DNA from: a virus
Taxonomy: Duplodnaviria > Caudoviricetes
IMG/VR virus record: IMGVR_UViG_3300020426_000016
Coordinates: 1-35,345 of that record
DNA: 35,345 bases
Strand: one strand, 5' to 3'
Shown here: positions 1 through 8,970 of the stretch, one piece after another
Position numbering within the stretch: position 1 is the stretch's first letter
Layout of the letters: each line of letters opens with the position of its first letter
The notes under the pieces: model-generated
Databases searched by the model: none
What the model saw: the letters and a program-made list of their open reading frames with translations, nothing else
Told to the model about the DNA's origin: nothing
Program-made: the position numbers and the translations under genes

Positions 1-82
1 CCTGGAATATGTAAGGCTTCTCGATAAAATCATGCAAAGGGAAAAATTTTATTTAATTCAGAATTTAAAAATAGATGTATAA
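1..82 (+). pseudogene. Host AraC-family transcriptional regulator, 5' part, truncated by prophage insertion
   Basis: The frame from position 2 reads LEYVRLLDKIMQREKFYLIQNLKID, then V-stop (TAA 80-82) inside the phage end. Joined to 35257 onward it continues EISKHLMLTSKELDYILKKSKQCTFNQYL, resembling the start of a Bacteroidota AraC HTH (M..EK.YL...L.I..ls..l......ls..i......F..Y). Confidence 0.75.
72..75. repeat. Left copy of target-site duplication TAGA (within direct repeat ATAGATG, 71-77)
   Basis: ATAGATG occurs at 71-77 and 35252-35258. Parsing with TG...CA termini leaves TAGA duplicated. Confidence 0.7.
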
Positions 83-153
83 TCGGCAAAACAAATTAAG
101 CATTTTCACAAATCAAAAACAGCATTTTAAACGCAACTAATAAATGTTATTGC

Positions 154-184
154 AAGCCCGTTTAACCATCAATTAAACGGGCTT
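154..184. terminator. Intrinsic terminator-like hairpin downstream of mom
   Basis: AAGCCCGTTTAA (154-165) / TTAAACGGGCTT (173-184), a perfect 12-bp inverted repeat next to the mom stop codon. Confidence 0.7.
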
Positions 185-189
185 TATTT

Positions 190-930
190 TTATATCTGGT
201 CAATGAATTTGTGTAATCGTTCTTTAATCAACTTTTCATTTCGTTTTAGCTTTACTGGCTCCATTCCTTTTTGATATTCTGGGTATGGTTGCTCTTTATG
301 AGTGCTTTTAAAGTGTTTACACAAAGGAAATATATAACGGTAAGTATTTACCTTAAAAGCCTCCAAATCACCAATTAGATAAGCTATATTGTTTCGCAAA
401 TATATAGATTTAGAATCCATTCGTGTCAAATTCATTTCATGACTAATTTCCCCACTTCTTTTATTTCTTAGAAACGTGGTTTTGTGGCGGCCGAAATACC
501 GGAAGTTAGAAGCCTTGTAAATTGTTCCACACCCTAGACGTCCATCTGCAAAAGATTGGACGGCTACGACATTGCTATTGGCTTCCTTAAGCAACTTTAA
601 GGATCGGCTAATTAAGATGCTCTCAGAATTCTTACCTAATTTATCACTAATCCACATTCGATTTAACTCCAGCATCATTGCATCTGGATTAGGGTGTGTG
701 AAATGTCGAGCCTTCGGATGCATCATATAACCATACACGGCCACACCCAAACATTGGCTTAATTATTCCTCCCCAGCTTTAAAAATTCCGTAATTATAAA
801 GACCAAACCCGGCATTCCATTTACCGGAATAATGGTTATTTATAATAAATTGCTTTGCTAAATTTTTAGGAACTTCCTGAATTATTAAAGCTCCCATTTT
901 ACTACTGTTTACTTGAATTCTTTTAATCAT
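190..930 (-). pseudogene. mom: Mom-family adenine-modification enzyme (GNAT fold) with an in-frame TAA at codon 56
   Basis: ATG at 930 gives MIKRIQ...FIINNHYSGKW...KAGEE*LSQCLGVAVYGY, in frame with the 190..750 ORF. Motifs HYS, LELNRMW, NSES..IS, QSFADGRLG-GTIYKASNFRYFG and the terminal position match Mu mom. Confidence 0.85.
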
Positions 931-950
931 TTTAAATGTTCGTTTTTTGA

Positions 951-981
951 TTGATGAATTGATGATTGATTTCTATATTTG
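951..981 (+). promoter_or_regulatory. Bacteroidota sigma70-type promoter, antisense to the tail/mom transcript
   Basis: TTG (951-953), 20 nt, TATATTTG (974-981), matching the -33/-7 consensus TTG-N~20-TAnnTTTG. Confidence 0.65.
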
Positions 982-984
982 CGC

Positions 985-1103
985 CTCTCACAATCTATAA
1001 CTAAAAAGCCACTAAGCACCGGGAAGATTTATGTCCTCCAGTAGCTTAGTGGCTTTTGGTTTTAAAGATTGTGAGAGATTTTTAAACGCTGGAGGACTTT
1101 TTT
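985..1103 (+). ncRNA. Structured RNA or cis-element upstream of mom (nested stems plus pseudoknot)
   Basis: 985-996 pairs with 1066-1077 (12 bp), 1004-1017 with 1044-1057 (14 bp), and loop 1033-1041 with 1089-1097 (9 bp), followed by T6. It starts just after the promoter at 974-981. Confidence 0.65.
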
Positions 1104-1131
1104 ACATCACACCTCCTTAGATGATTTATTT

Positions 1132-1986
1132 TCATCCCACGTAGGCAATCCATGCCATAGTGTAGAATTTCGGTCTATTTTCATGTGATTGCCCTTCACC
1201 TGTATTTTGCGTTGTGAGCGTAGCACTATGACCCGGTTCATAATCAGTTTGAGATACGAAAGTATTACTCGAATTATCTTTATTACTAAATAAATTCCCA
1301 TCCCCAATACCCCCATCTGGTGATGGCACTTGCTTGGGTAAGCTATGTCGATGGCCTTTAATATAAACAGAGCCCGAATGTTTATGTGCCGGTAATTGAG
1401 CCTCTGTCAAAGTTACTTTAGATTCTCCGCCTGTTTTCCCGATGGTGTTATGAGCTTCATCATTTGGATCATACCCGGCAATAAACATTCCCCTTAAATC
1501 AGGCGTGCCATTTGAACCGTCGCATAACTGCCATCCTTCCTTTATACTGTTTACCGATCCCCAGAAAGGTAAAGCGGATTGTACTGGTGGCAAACGCTTA
1601 GATATTTCTTTAAGTGGGCTTATGCGATTTAAATCACTCCAGGAAAAACCATTGTCGCTAAATTTTGCATATCGAGTGAAATAAGCATCTCTAATATCTG
1701 CCTGACCGGAATTTTCACTATCATTAAAATATTGTACTTGCTCTTTTGCCTCTACAACAATAACAGAAGACTGTACAGCTCCCCCAATAAAAGGCAATGC
1801 TTCACCATTCAAGATAATAATACCTTCATTTGCCTGGCCGTTTTCAATCTCGCAACCTTTCACTATACAATTATCACCACCTAATGCTGTAGCAGCTTCA
1901 TGTACTTCCTTAATCATATCACGGATAAAACGCCAGGTCTTTGATGTTCCCGGAAATCCTCCGCCTAATACTTCTATAGTGTTCAT
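1132..1986 (-). CDS. Tail fibre/baseplate protein with tail-collar domain
   Basis: Likely start MNTIEV at 1986. Collar motifs GWQLCDGSNGTPDLRGMFIAG, GGESKVTLTEAQLPAHKH and HENRPKFYTMAWI. Confidence 0.85.
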   Translation of the reverse strand: MNTIEVLGGGFPGTSKTWRFIRDMIKEVHEAATALGGDNCIVKGCEIENGQANEGIIILNGEALPFIGGAVQSSVIVVEAKEQVQYFNDSENSGQADIRDAYFTRYAKFSDNGFSWSDLNRISPLKEISKRLPPVQSALPFWGSVNSIKEGWQLCDGSNGTPDLRGMFIAGYDPNDEAHNTIGKTGGESKVTLTEAQLPAHKHSGSVYIKGHRHSLPKQVPSPDGGIGDGNLFSNKDNSSNTFVSQTDYEPGHSATLTTQNTGEGQSHENRPKFYTMAWIAYVG

Positions 1987-1987
1987 A

Positions 1988-2482
1988 TTAGTTAATTTGT
2001 AAATTATAAGTTTTATCTGGTAACCTGTAAAAATCAATAAGGCTACGCATGCGTATTTCTTGCGCTTCAGTAAGCTGAAAAGGTATTAGGACTACAAAAT
2101 CAGTATCCAGGCTAAAAAGCTCTGATCCATCAAAAAAATGTACCGGTGAGTTTTCATCTGGATCATAAAAATGTACAGGCTTTTGCTCTTCTGGATTGTA
2201 AAAATAAACCCCGTCCCTGTAAGCGCCATCAGAGATAATAATCCGCCTTAATTGTACATCAAAAGCATCGTTAAGTACATTTTCTATACTAAATACCTGA
2301 GGGGTATGATCTATCTTATAATTGGAATCCCTCCGGTAATTGATAAACTGAGTATGAATATTGACCATTGGTTTTATCAAGCAACGGAGCCAGCTAATCA
2401 TTTTTGTACGGCGTAATCCTGTAGGCAAAAAATGCACTATTAGTTGATTGAGCTGCAAATCATAAATCTTAGAGTAATCCAT
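1988..2482 (-). CDS. Baseplate wedge protein (P2 gpI / Mu gp48-like)
   Basis: Lies between the baseplate J-like gene and the fibre gene; size and motifs (LPTGLR, QVFSIENVLND, IDFYRL) fit this slot. Confidence 0.6.
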   Translation of the reverse strand: MDYSKIYDLQLNQLIVHFLPTGLRRTKMISWLRCLIKPMVNIHTQFINYRRDSNYKIDHTPQVFSIENVLNDAFDVQLRRIIISDGAYRDGVYFYNPEEQKPVHFYDPDENSPVHFFDGSELFSLDTDFVVLIPFQLTEAQEIRMRSLIDFYRLPDKTYNLQIN

Positions 2483-3384
2483 TATAACTGTACAGTTTTT
2501 GGCTTAAATATGATATTTAGAGCAGAGCTTTCAATATTTTCACCAGTTACCGGGTCAGGTGTTATCAGCGTTGCAATTTCCATATAACCTGAGTTTGCTA
2601 TATAGCTACTCTCTATTTGCTGCCAGTTTGGAGGCTGCAAATAATTAGCTTCAGCAGAATTAACGTAAACTTCACCATCTGCACAGCCTTCAATTTGCTG
2701 AAGGATATCTACAAGTTCAGAAAGGATAAACTCACCATTAAATTTTAAGTTCCCTAAATATTCACTGATTGCTGTTTGTACCGGCTCGTTATCTGAACCA
2801 TCAACCCTGGCTCCGGTTTCTGTTAAAACTAAAGGATTATAAAAAAACGTGATGTCAAGTTTTAGTTGATCTGGATCGTCACTAAAGGTGACTATCTTTG
2901 TTCCGGCGGGTTTTATCCTTGCGAAATATTGTTCCACACCAGATTTTTCGGCATCGCTAAGCTTTATTAATTGCCCATTTTCCTCTTTAGCCATTTTTAT
3001 AAATAGATGCTTCCGTTTGTTGATTTCGATTTCATTAACTGAAGCCCTGGCAACTACTTTGGACGCTTCGATTTCGGCATCATTATAACCTTCCCCGGAA
3101 TATGTGCCGGTGTTTTCATCTAAAAGATGTCCATGCCGATAATCTAAAGCGGCATTACGAAACCAAAGCAATGAGTAAAGCTTTTGGTTTCGTATTTTAT
3201 CATCCATTTCTAATTTAAAAATATCAAAGACAGAATACAATGCCCAAGCACAAACCGCTACGATATACGCCCATAGATTATAAATGGCAATATTAGAAGT
3301 ACTATCTAAACCACTTAAAGATTCCTGGTTGATTTTTTCGGATAGGATTTGATTTTTAATGGTATCAATTGTTGGTATAGCCAT
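2482..3384 (-). CDS. Baseplate J-like protein (Mu gp47-like)
   Basis: IKPAGTKI; AISEYLGNLKFNGEFILSELVDILQQIEG resembles the gpJ C-terminus; gene order. Confidence 0.7.
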   Translation of the reverse strand: MAIPTIDTIKNQILSEKINQESLSGLDSTSNIAIYNLWAYIVAVCAWALYSVFDIFKLEMDDKIRNQKLYSLLWFRNAALDYRHGHLLDENTGTYSGEGYNDAEIEASKVVARASVNEIEINKRKHLFIKMAKEENGQLIKLSDAEKSGVEQYFARIKPAGTKIVTFSDDPDQLKLDITFFYNPLVLTETGARVDGSDNEPVQTAISEYLGNLKFNGEFILSELVDILQQIEGCADGEVYVNSAEANYLQPPNWQQIESSYIANSGYMEIATLITPDPVTGENIESSALNIIFKPKTVQL

Positions 3385-3396
3385 GATAAAAATTTA

Positions 3397-4365
3397 TTAT
3401 AAATTCTTTTTTAAGTTTCTTAGATCAAATTTTGAACTATAAATATTTGAAGGGCTTGGATTTTCTGTATATATATACGCTAAATTCCCATCAATTTTTA
3501 CTCCGTGATTTCTAGTGTAATTACCGTTATTAAGAATTTGAACTATTTCTGTTACCTGGAAATTATTATTCGACTTACACAATACCAATTGCTTTTGTAC
3601 TCCGTTTGTGTTTTCAGAATCCTGCGCCTTTGATAGTGTTCCAATCCACCATTTTCTCCCCAAATAGTCAAAGAAGTCTCCGTAGCTTGGTTTAATCCAG
3701 TCCCCAACTTCAGGAACAAAACTACGAGCATCATATTCTTGCGATCTAGTCCAAACTCTGCCATCTGTAGATGTTGAAAAATACCACGGTTGTGGAATAC
3801 CACCTTTTGTTATATGGGTTCCCCGATAATTGTTTGGGCCTATTCTTTGCGGCCTAAAATACCCTGTGTGGTTTTCACCGGATAAAATTCCTAATGGTCG
3901 TCCACGATCAGTCCAGCTCATCGTATGAAGTTCGCTACCGCCTTGAGAAGTAATCAAACGTGTTTGTTGATAACCACTGTTTCCGGGTTCATTGCCTACT
4001 GTATGATAGAATAAGTGTAAAACTTCATTATCGGGTAACTCCTCAGCAGGAATACGCATTAAGACTGGAGTTTCTGATTGATAGCCAGAAGTTATTAATG
4101 CAATTTCTTGAAAATCTGACAAATCTAATTCATTTCCTTTCCCCCAATACAAACCTCCTGAGCCAACCGCGTGATCTGTCGAGTAAATGAAAAAATACTT
4201 TGTATCACAAATAACTTCAGGATATTTTGAACTTTCATAAGCATTGAAGAATAATATACCATCTGTAAGAACAGTATTTACACCTAATTCAATTCTAAGT
4301 TGATACTCTTGAATATCTTTAGGTATGCTGTTATAGTTTAATAAAGCAACATGGAATGGATTCAT
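3397..4365 (-). CDS. Putative beta-propeller, glycosidase-like tail-associated protein
   Basis: Aromatic- and Gly-rich beta sequence; YFFIYSTDH..GGLYW and QSETP; Asp-box-like STSTDGRVW; adjacent to the fibre gene; visibly AT-richer DNA. Confidence 0.45.
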   Translation of the reverse strand: MNPFHVALLNYNSIPKDIQEYQLRIELGVNTVLTDGILFFNAYESSKYPEVICDTKYFFIYSTDHAVGSGGLYWGKGNELDLSDFQEIALITSGYQSETPVLMRIPAEELPDNEVLHLFYHTVGNEPGNSGYQQTRLITSQGGSELHTMSWTDRGRPLGILSGENHTGYFRPQRIGPNNYRGTHITKGGIPQPWYFSTSTDGRVWTRSQEYDARSFVPEVGDWIKPSYGDFFDYLGRKWWIGTLSKAQDSENTNGVQKQLVLCKSNNNFQVTEIVQILNNGNYTRNHGVKIDGNLAYIYTENPSPSNIYSSKFDLRNLKKNL

Positions 4366-6278
4366 TATGGCCTGTCTATTAAATTAGTTATTGTTCTGTA
4401 AAAAGCTTGCGTTTCGCCCGTGCCTTGCATTTGATTGAATAATTGAACTACTGACATCGGAAAATCTGGTAGTTTTTGCGATGTATAAACAATAGACTCA
4501 TCCAAAGCAAAGGACATTGAATTTCCTGATATTATTAATTGGCATTTTAATGCATCCCCAAACCCTGCTTGGTTCTGAACTTTATTGACATTATTTTCTA
4601 ATACAGAAAAAGTTCCATCAGGCTTTGAAACAAAAGCTAACTCAACATTTGCCATATTTGTATTTGAATCATCTGCTATTGTGAAATCAGATGGTGCTAT
4701 CCCGAAGACTTGAACACCCGCGTTTTTTAATGGTAAAAAGTCAATAATAACATCTCCGTTTATTAATTTATCACTTATACCACCATTACGATTGCCTCCA
4801 AATCCATTATCTATATCAAATTGAATTGTTCCGCCGCCTAAATCAAAAGCATTAACTAAATCAACCCATGTGAATGGAACATCAACCGGATCAGATTGAT
4901 TGGTTTCAATATTAACTGAAACGCTATCCGTATAATTACCTGAACTGTCAATCGCCCTAACATATACTGCATAAATAGTTTCAGGGTCTAAACCATTAAT
5001 CTGAGCTGAATTAGTGAATGATTCAGCTTTTAAAATTTGATCAAGATATATCTCGTATTTTTCAACTTCTACATTGTCCGTTGATTCATCCCATGCAAGA
5101 CTAAATGATGACGCCGTTATATTACTTTCGGTTATATTAGTAGGTGCCGTCGGATCTTCATTATCTGGTAGGCTCACAATCCTATTAATAATTCTTACAT
5201 CATTGTCGCGTACATAAATAACTGTCAGCTCGTTAAGTTGTTGATTATTATCTGTGATTGGCTCACCCGAAATATTCCAAGAAGCCGGAATCAAATCTAT
5301 TTTTCCGCCTTGTATTCTTACAGTAGCTGTACTTCCCAATGATTTACTCTCAGAAGTACTAAGCGACACGGCTTCACCAGTATAATCATTGTAATAATTA
5401 TTACCTCCTGAAACATCTAATTCGCCGGAAAAATCACCCCTATCATAATTAGAGTTTTCCCCGCCTGTTTCTGTTAGATTCTCAAGCTTAGTTTTATGAT
5501 CATCCGTAAACGCGTTAGTATTCGGGTTGCTTTCGTATTTCTGTTTTATAGAGGCGGCTGTTTCTTCGGTACTTATGCCTTGCTGTGGTTGCCAACTAAG
5601 GTCGCTGGCATCCCAAATATACCTTAATACATTCTCCCCTGAACCGCCATCAACATCAGCCGTCCAACCTCCTTCATCATTATGCCAGGTTTCCCCGGCA
5701 CCTTCCGGCCAATCGTTTTGCAAGGCCGTAAGGCTTAAGTATTTCCCCTTCCATCGAGGGTCGTCTAAACCCGCTACTTTCTCCTTTTCTTCAGAGGAGT
5801 AATTTTGCTGTGAAAATCCCCAACCTTCTGGAGCGATTGGCTGTTTGTTTTCTAAAGCAGTAACGATATCAGTCAATTGCTCAGGTAAGTTTTCAATTTC
5901 ACTTATCTGATGATAATCGGGATGGACATAATTCTGCAAATTCACAAGCTTTTGGTAAAGCTCTGCTGTAAGATCATTGGTACTTAAACCTTTCCCCGGT
6001 ACTTTGACAACCCGGTTTCCTAAAGCTTCCTCTAAACCGGTTATAAAGCTTTGCGGCTTAGTATTGGGCAATGCAGGGATACTTACCACTTCGGTAGTAT
6101 CATCCTGCTTTTTAAAGATGAAATTTTTAGTGCCATCCTGAAGGGTCTGTACTTCTTTTAGCACTTTTCCATCAGCTTTATGCCAAAAGCTATCCAGTAG
6201 GTTAAAAAATTTATTCCTGGTTGCCGGGTCTTCGCAAGTGATATACCCTTTTAATATTTCTAATCCCTGTACACTCAT
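4365..6278 (-). CDS. Tail fibre / receptor-binding protein with fibronectin type III domain
   Basis: N-terminal LLDSFWHK anchor-like motif; fibre repeats KVPGKGLSTNDLT..QKL, QNYSSEEKEKV and TNAFTDDHKTKL; FN3 (DNEDPTAPTNI...LAWDESTDNVEVEKYEIY...GLDPETIYAVYVRAIDSSGN); beta-rich C-terminal domain. Confidence 0.7.
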   Translation of the reverse strand: MSVQGLEILKGYITCEDPATRNKFFNLLDSFWHKADGKVLKEVQTLQDGTKNFIFKKQDDTTEVVSIPALPNTKPQSFITGLEEALGNRVVKVPGKGLSTNDLTAELYQKLVNLQNYVHPDYHQISEIENLPEQLTDIVTALENKQPIAPEGWGFSQQNYSSEEKEKVAGLDDPRWKGKYLSLTALQNDWPEGAGETWHNDEGGWTADVDGGSGENVLRYIWDASDLSWQPQQGISTEETAASIKQKYESNPNTNAFTDDHKTKLENLTETGGENSNYDRGDFSGELDVSGGNNYYNDYTGEAVSLSTSESKSLGSTATVRIQGGKIDLIPASWNISGEPITDNNQQLNELTVIYVRDNDVRIINRIVSLPDNEDPTAPTNITESNITASSFSLAWDESTDNVEVEKYEIYLDQILKAESFTNSAQINGLDPETIYAVYVRAIDSSGNYTDSVSVNIETNQSDPVDVPFTWVDLVNAFDLGGGTIQFDIDNGFGGNRNGGISDKLINGDVIIDFLPLKNAGVQVFGIAPSDFTIADDSNTNMANVELAFVSKPDGTFSVLENNVNKVQNQAGFGDALKCQLIISGNSMSFALDESIVYTSQKLPDFPMSVVQLFNQMQGTGETQAFYRTITNLIDRP

Positions 6279-6280
6279 AG

Positions 6281-6562
6281 CTATTCAAATAATTTACAAT
6301 AGTTGCAGCTTTGGCCGCCTGAAGAACCTGCTTCGCTATCTAACTGTGATAAGGCCGTAGCGGGTTCAATTTCGTTTTCGTAATAATAATCCACAATGTC
6401 CTGGTCAATCGTTTCTAATTCCGGTATTGCTATTTCTTGCCCTGGATATAGCACCTCGGTTAATTGCATATTATTAGCCGCTGCCAGGTCAAAAATGGGC
6501 TCAATACTTCCGTAGGCTTTGATACAGATATCAAACAAGGATTGATTGTGTTTTACTTTCAT
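6281..6562 (-). CDS. LysM-like baseplate protein (P2 gpX-like)
   Basis: VKHNQSLFDICIKAYGS...LAAAN...LYPGQEIAIP is a LysM pattern. Confidence 0.75.
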   Translation of the reverse strand: MKVKHNQSLFDICIKAYGSIEPIFDLAAANNMQLTEVLYPGQEIAIPELETIDQDIVDYYYENEIEPATALSQLDSEAGSSGGQSCNYCKLFE

Positions 6563-6918
6563 TACGGATGTTTCTTTTTATAGGCATCAAATTCCTTTTT
6601 GAGGCTCGTATATTTATTTTTCCACATCTCCTGATCTTTCTTTAGTTGTTGAATCTGGAGGTTGGTATTGGCAAATTTTAGATCGTATTCATTCTTTAAA
6701 AAGGCATAGCGTTCCTCATACCGTATCTTTAAATCGGTCAAAGCTTCCTGGTAAATATCCATAATGGACTTACTGTAATCGGCCTCGGCTTTGTTGCCCT
6801 CCACGGCAAGGTTTGCGACTTCCACTTTTTTACGCTTACGTTCAAAAAACCATCCTATAAATGCGGCTATGATTGCCGTAATAAATTCGCCCAGGTATGG
6901 TTGTAAAAATTCTAACAT
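6562..6918 (-). CDS. Putative holin-like membrane protein (N-terminal TM plus coiled coil)
   Basis: Hydrophobic FITAIIAAFIGWFF followed by RKRKK and a heptad-rich tail; no other holin candidate seen. Confidence 0.45.
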   Translation of the reverse strand: MLEFLQPYLGEFITAIIAAFIGWFFERKRKKVEVANLAVEGNKAEADYSKSIMDIYQEALTDLKIRYEERYAFLKNEYDLKFANTNLQIQQLKKDQEMWKNKYTSLKKEFDAYKKKHP

Positions 6919-6921
6919 TGG

Positions 6922-7407
6922 TTACTCGTTTAGGTTTAAGATCGATTTGTTTTTTAGTTTAAATTCTTCAAATTTCACAGGGTTAAAGGATAACCCGTTT
7001 TGGGTAAATACCTTTGTGATCTCTGTAATGATATCCTCCTGAAGCTTTCCAAAATTGTTGTTATTGTTCTCCAGTAAAATCCCTTTTTCATCGACTTTAA
7101 AAAGCATTGCACCGATGTTTAAATGCAATTGCTCCAGCTCTGCATATTGCACCACAAAAAGGTTTTTTATGTCCTCATTAATGGCGGAGATCAGCACAGA
7201 GCTTTTAAGCTTTGGAATAAGATAAAACACATCTTTTCGCCCATTGACAACCGCCGAAAGTCGCACATCCGGGAAATCCATATCCCCATCGTTTACCGTA
7301 CAAGTGCCGTTCTCAGCATTTACAGCGATCACCGTAGCCGGAAAAGTGGACACTTCAGGTTTTTTAAATTGTTGTAGTGCGCTTTTTAATTGTCGTTCTA
7401 AACTCAT
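6922..7407 (-). CDS. Baseplate spike protein (gpV / Mu gp45-like OB fold)
   Basis: ATVIAVN...TCTV...DVRL...IPKLKSSVLI; follows the hub gene. Confidence 0.65.
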   Translation of the reverse strand: MSLERQLKSALQQFKKPEVSTFPATVIAVNAENGTCTVNDGDMDFPDVRLSAVVNGRKDVFYLIPKLKSSVLISAINEDIKNLFVVQYAELEQLHLNIGAMLFKVDEKGILLENNNNNFGKLQEDIITEITKVFTQNGLSFNPVKFEEFKLKNKSILNLNE

Positions 7408-8369
7408 AACTTCATTCCTATATTAACCGTTCTACGTGCGCCTTCACTACCGTAGCTTATCACTACCTTTTCAATAAAATAAGAACCATTACGGTTAGCA
7501 TGTTCCTGGTCTTCAATTACCGCTTTCATTCCCCTGGTTGCGTATGGAATTAAAAACGAGGTAACATCGCCCTGGTATCCATCATATTTTAAGCGTTCAA
7601 TTTCCGCCTCGGCCATTTCCCTAAGTTTTGCCTTACTGGATACTACCGAGGTGTGATAGGTTCTAAGTTCCCCGTCCGGGTCACCTACCTCGACCATCGT
7701 CTTTTTATTCTCACTATCCTGATAGGTATAGCGTACTTTAATTTTTCGATCCTCTTTAAACATGAATTCAAGGTTATTCTCCACCAGGTTATAATTCAGG
7801 TCATATTTAACCGTTTCCCCAATATTGGTACCCGCTTTTAGCCCACAATACAATTGGTTATTGTCATTCAAATATATTCGTAACCCGAATTCAGTTTTAA
7901 GCTTTTCCAATACTTGTGCGCCGCTGGCATTCCTTACCGTCCATTTCTCCAGTTGCATTTGCACCAGGTTAGGAGCTAACTCGATACCGCTACCTTTTAC
8001 AACTTCCTCCAAAAGTTCCTTAAGTGAAACTTTTGGCCAGGCTTTACTAATGTTATTACGGCGTAAAAGCCAAATCGAATCCTCACAATGGATTTCAAGC
8101 GGTATTTTTGAGCTTACTTTTCTCACATAACCCCGGAACTCCACACCACTATATTTGCCTTCATAGCCTAATTCGATGGTTACCGGATCACCGGCTTTTA
8201 TCGCCTCTTCCGTGTATTTTTCCTCACCACTTTGGCGAACGATAAACCTGGTTGGCAATTTTATAATTGCGGTATCGGCCAGCTCTTCCACAGACTTGGT
8301 AATTTCTACCTCGTGAACCGAGCGGAATGTAAATTCCCCAATTTGTATTTTCGCCTCCAGGACAAACAT
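7404..8369 (-). CDS. Baseplate hub protein (P2 gpD / Mu gp44-like)
   Basis: LADTAIIKLP, GDPVTIELGY..EFRGYV, CED and GSYFIEKVVISYG..GARRTV; 321 aa. Confidence 0.8.
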   Translation of the reverse strand: MFVLEAKIQIGEFTFRSVHEVEITKSVEELADTAIIKLPTRFIVRQSGEEKYTEEAIKAGDPVTIELGYEGKYSGVEFRGYVRKVSSKIPLEIHCEDSIWLLRRNNISKAWPKVSLKELLEEVVKGSGIELAPNLVQMQLEKWTVRNASGAQVLEKLKTEFGLRIYLNDNNQLYCGLKAGTNIGETVKYDLNYNLVENNLEFMFKEDRKIKVRYTYQDSENKKTMVEVGDPDGELRTYHTSVVSSKAKLREMAEAEIERLKYDGYQGDVTSFLIPYATRGMKAVIEDQEHANRNGSYFIEKVVISYGSEGARRTVNIGMKL

Positions 8370-8968
8370 TAGCTTAACAGGTTTAGTTTACTTTTCTTTT
8401 TCTCATCCAAATCCGCTAAAAATGGCTGATCGCTCACAGCGGTTATGGTGTATTTTTGCAGGCCTTGTTGTCCGGCCATTTCATCAAATCGTTTTTCCTT
8501 CAGTACGATATTTCGAACCTCAAAGAGTTCAAAGAATTTATTGCCTACCACCTGGATGGAATCATTGATTTCAAATAAGCGGTTAATTTCTTCCACTTGC
8601 TCGGCCGGATATCGCTTAAGGTCATTTGGATCAACACAAATTCCCCTTATGGTGATTTGGTAATCCTCTGTAGTGATATACTCTTTAACCGTACCTTTAC
8701 GGTATTTCCCCACCGTAGGGGTTTCCTTGATTGTTTTGGTAAGCCCAAAAGAAACCAATGGCTCATTTGGCAAAGAGAATTCCTCCCCTTTATATTTAAG
8801 TTTTATGGTCGTGAAATACGGTTTACCCCGCAATAGCTCTTCGGTGATCCCCATAAGATCAGGAAGGGTGAAGCCCGGTAAATTCTTTTTTAACCAGCTT
8901 GGGAAAGGCGGACCAACATAATCAAAATGCGCCCTTGCAACTAATTCTTTAAAATCGAATGTGGCCAT
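8369..8968 (-). CDS. Tail tube initiator-like protein (DUF6046-like)
   Basis: GTVKEYITTEDYQITIRG...YP...SD; immediately after the tape measure gene. Confidence 0.6.
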   Translation of the reverse strand: MATFDFKELVARAHFDYVGPPFPSWLKKNLPGFTLPDLMGITEELLRGKPYFTTIKLKYKGEEFSLPNEPLVSFGLTKTIKETPTVGKYRKGTVKEYITTEDYQITIRGICVDPNDLKRYPAEQVEEINRLFEINDSIQVVGNKFFELFEVRNIVLKEKRFDEMAGQQGLQKYTITAVSDQPFLADLDEKKKSKLNLLS

Positions 8969-8970
8969 AA

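Noticed and set aside
763-765. Genome-wide stop-codon reassignment explaining the mom TAA
   Set aside because: TAA terminates many genes here, no other gene appears interrupted and no suppressor tRNA is present.
1107-1316. 69-aa ORF overlapping the collar gene
   Set aside because: Alternative frame inside a well-supported gene, with no recognisable motif.
1132-6278. Invertible tail-fibre segment or diversity-generating retroelement
   Set aside because: No invertase, reverse transcriptase, flanking inverted repeats or TR/VR pair seen.
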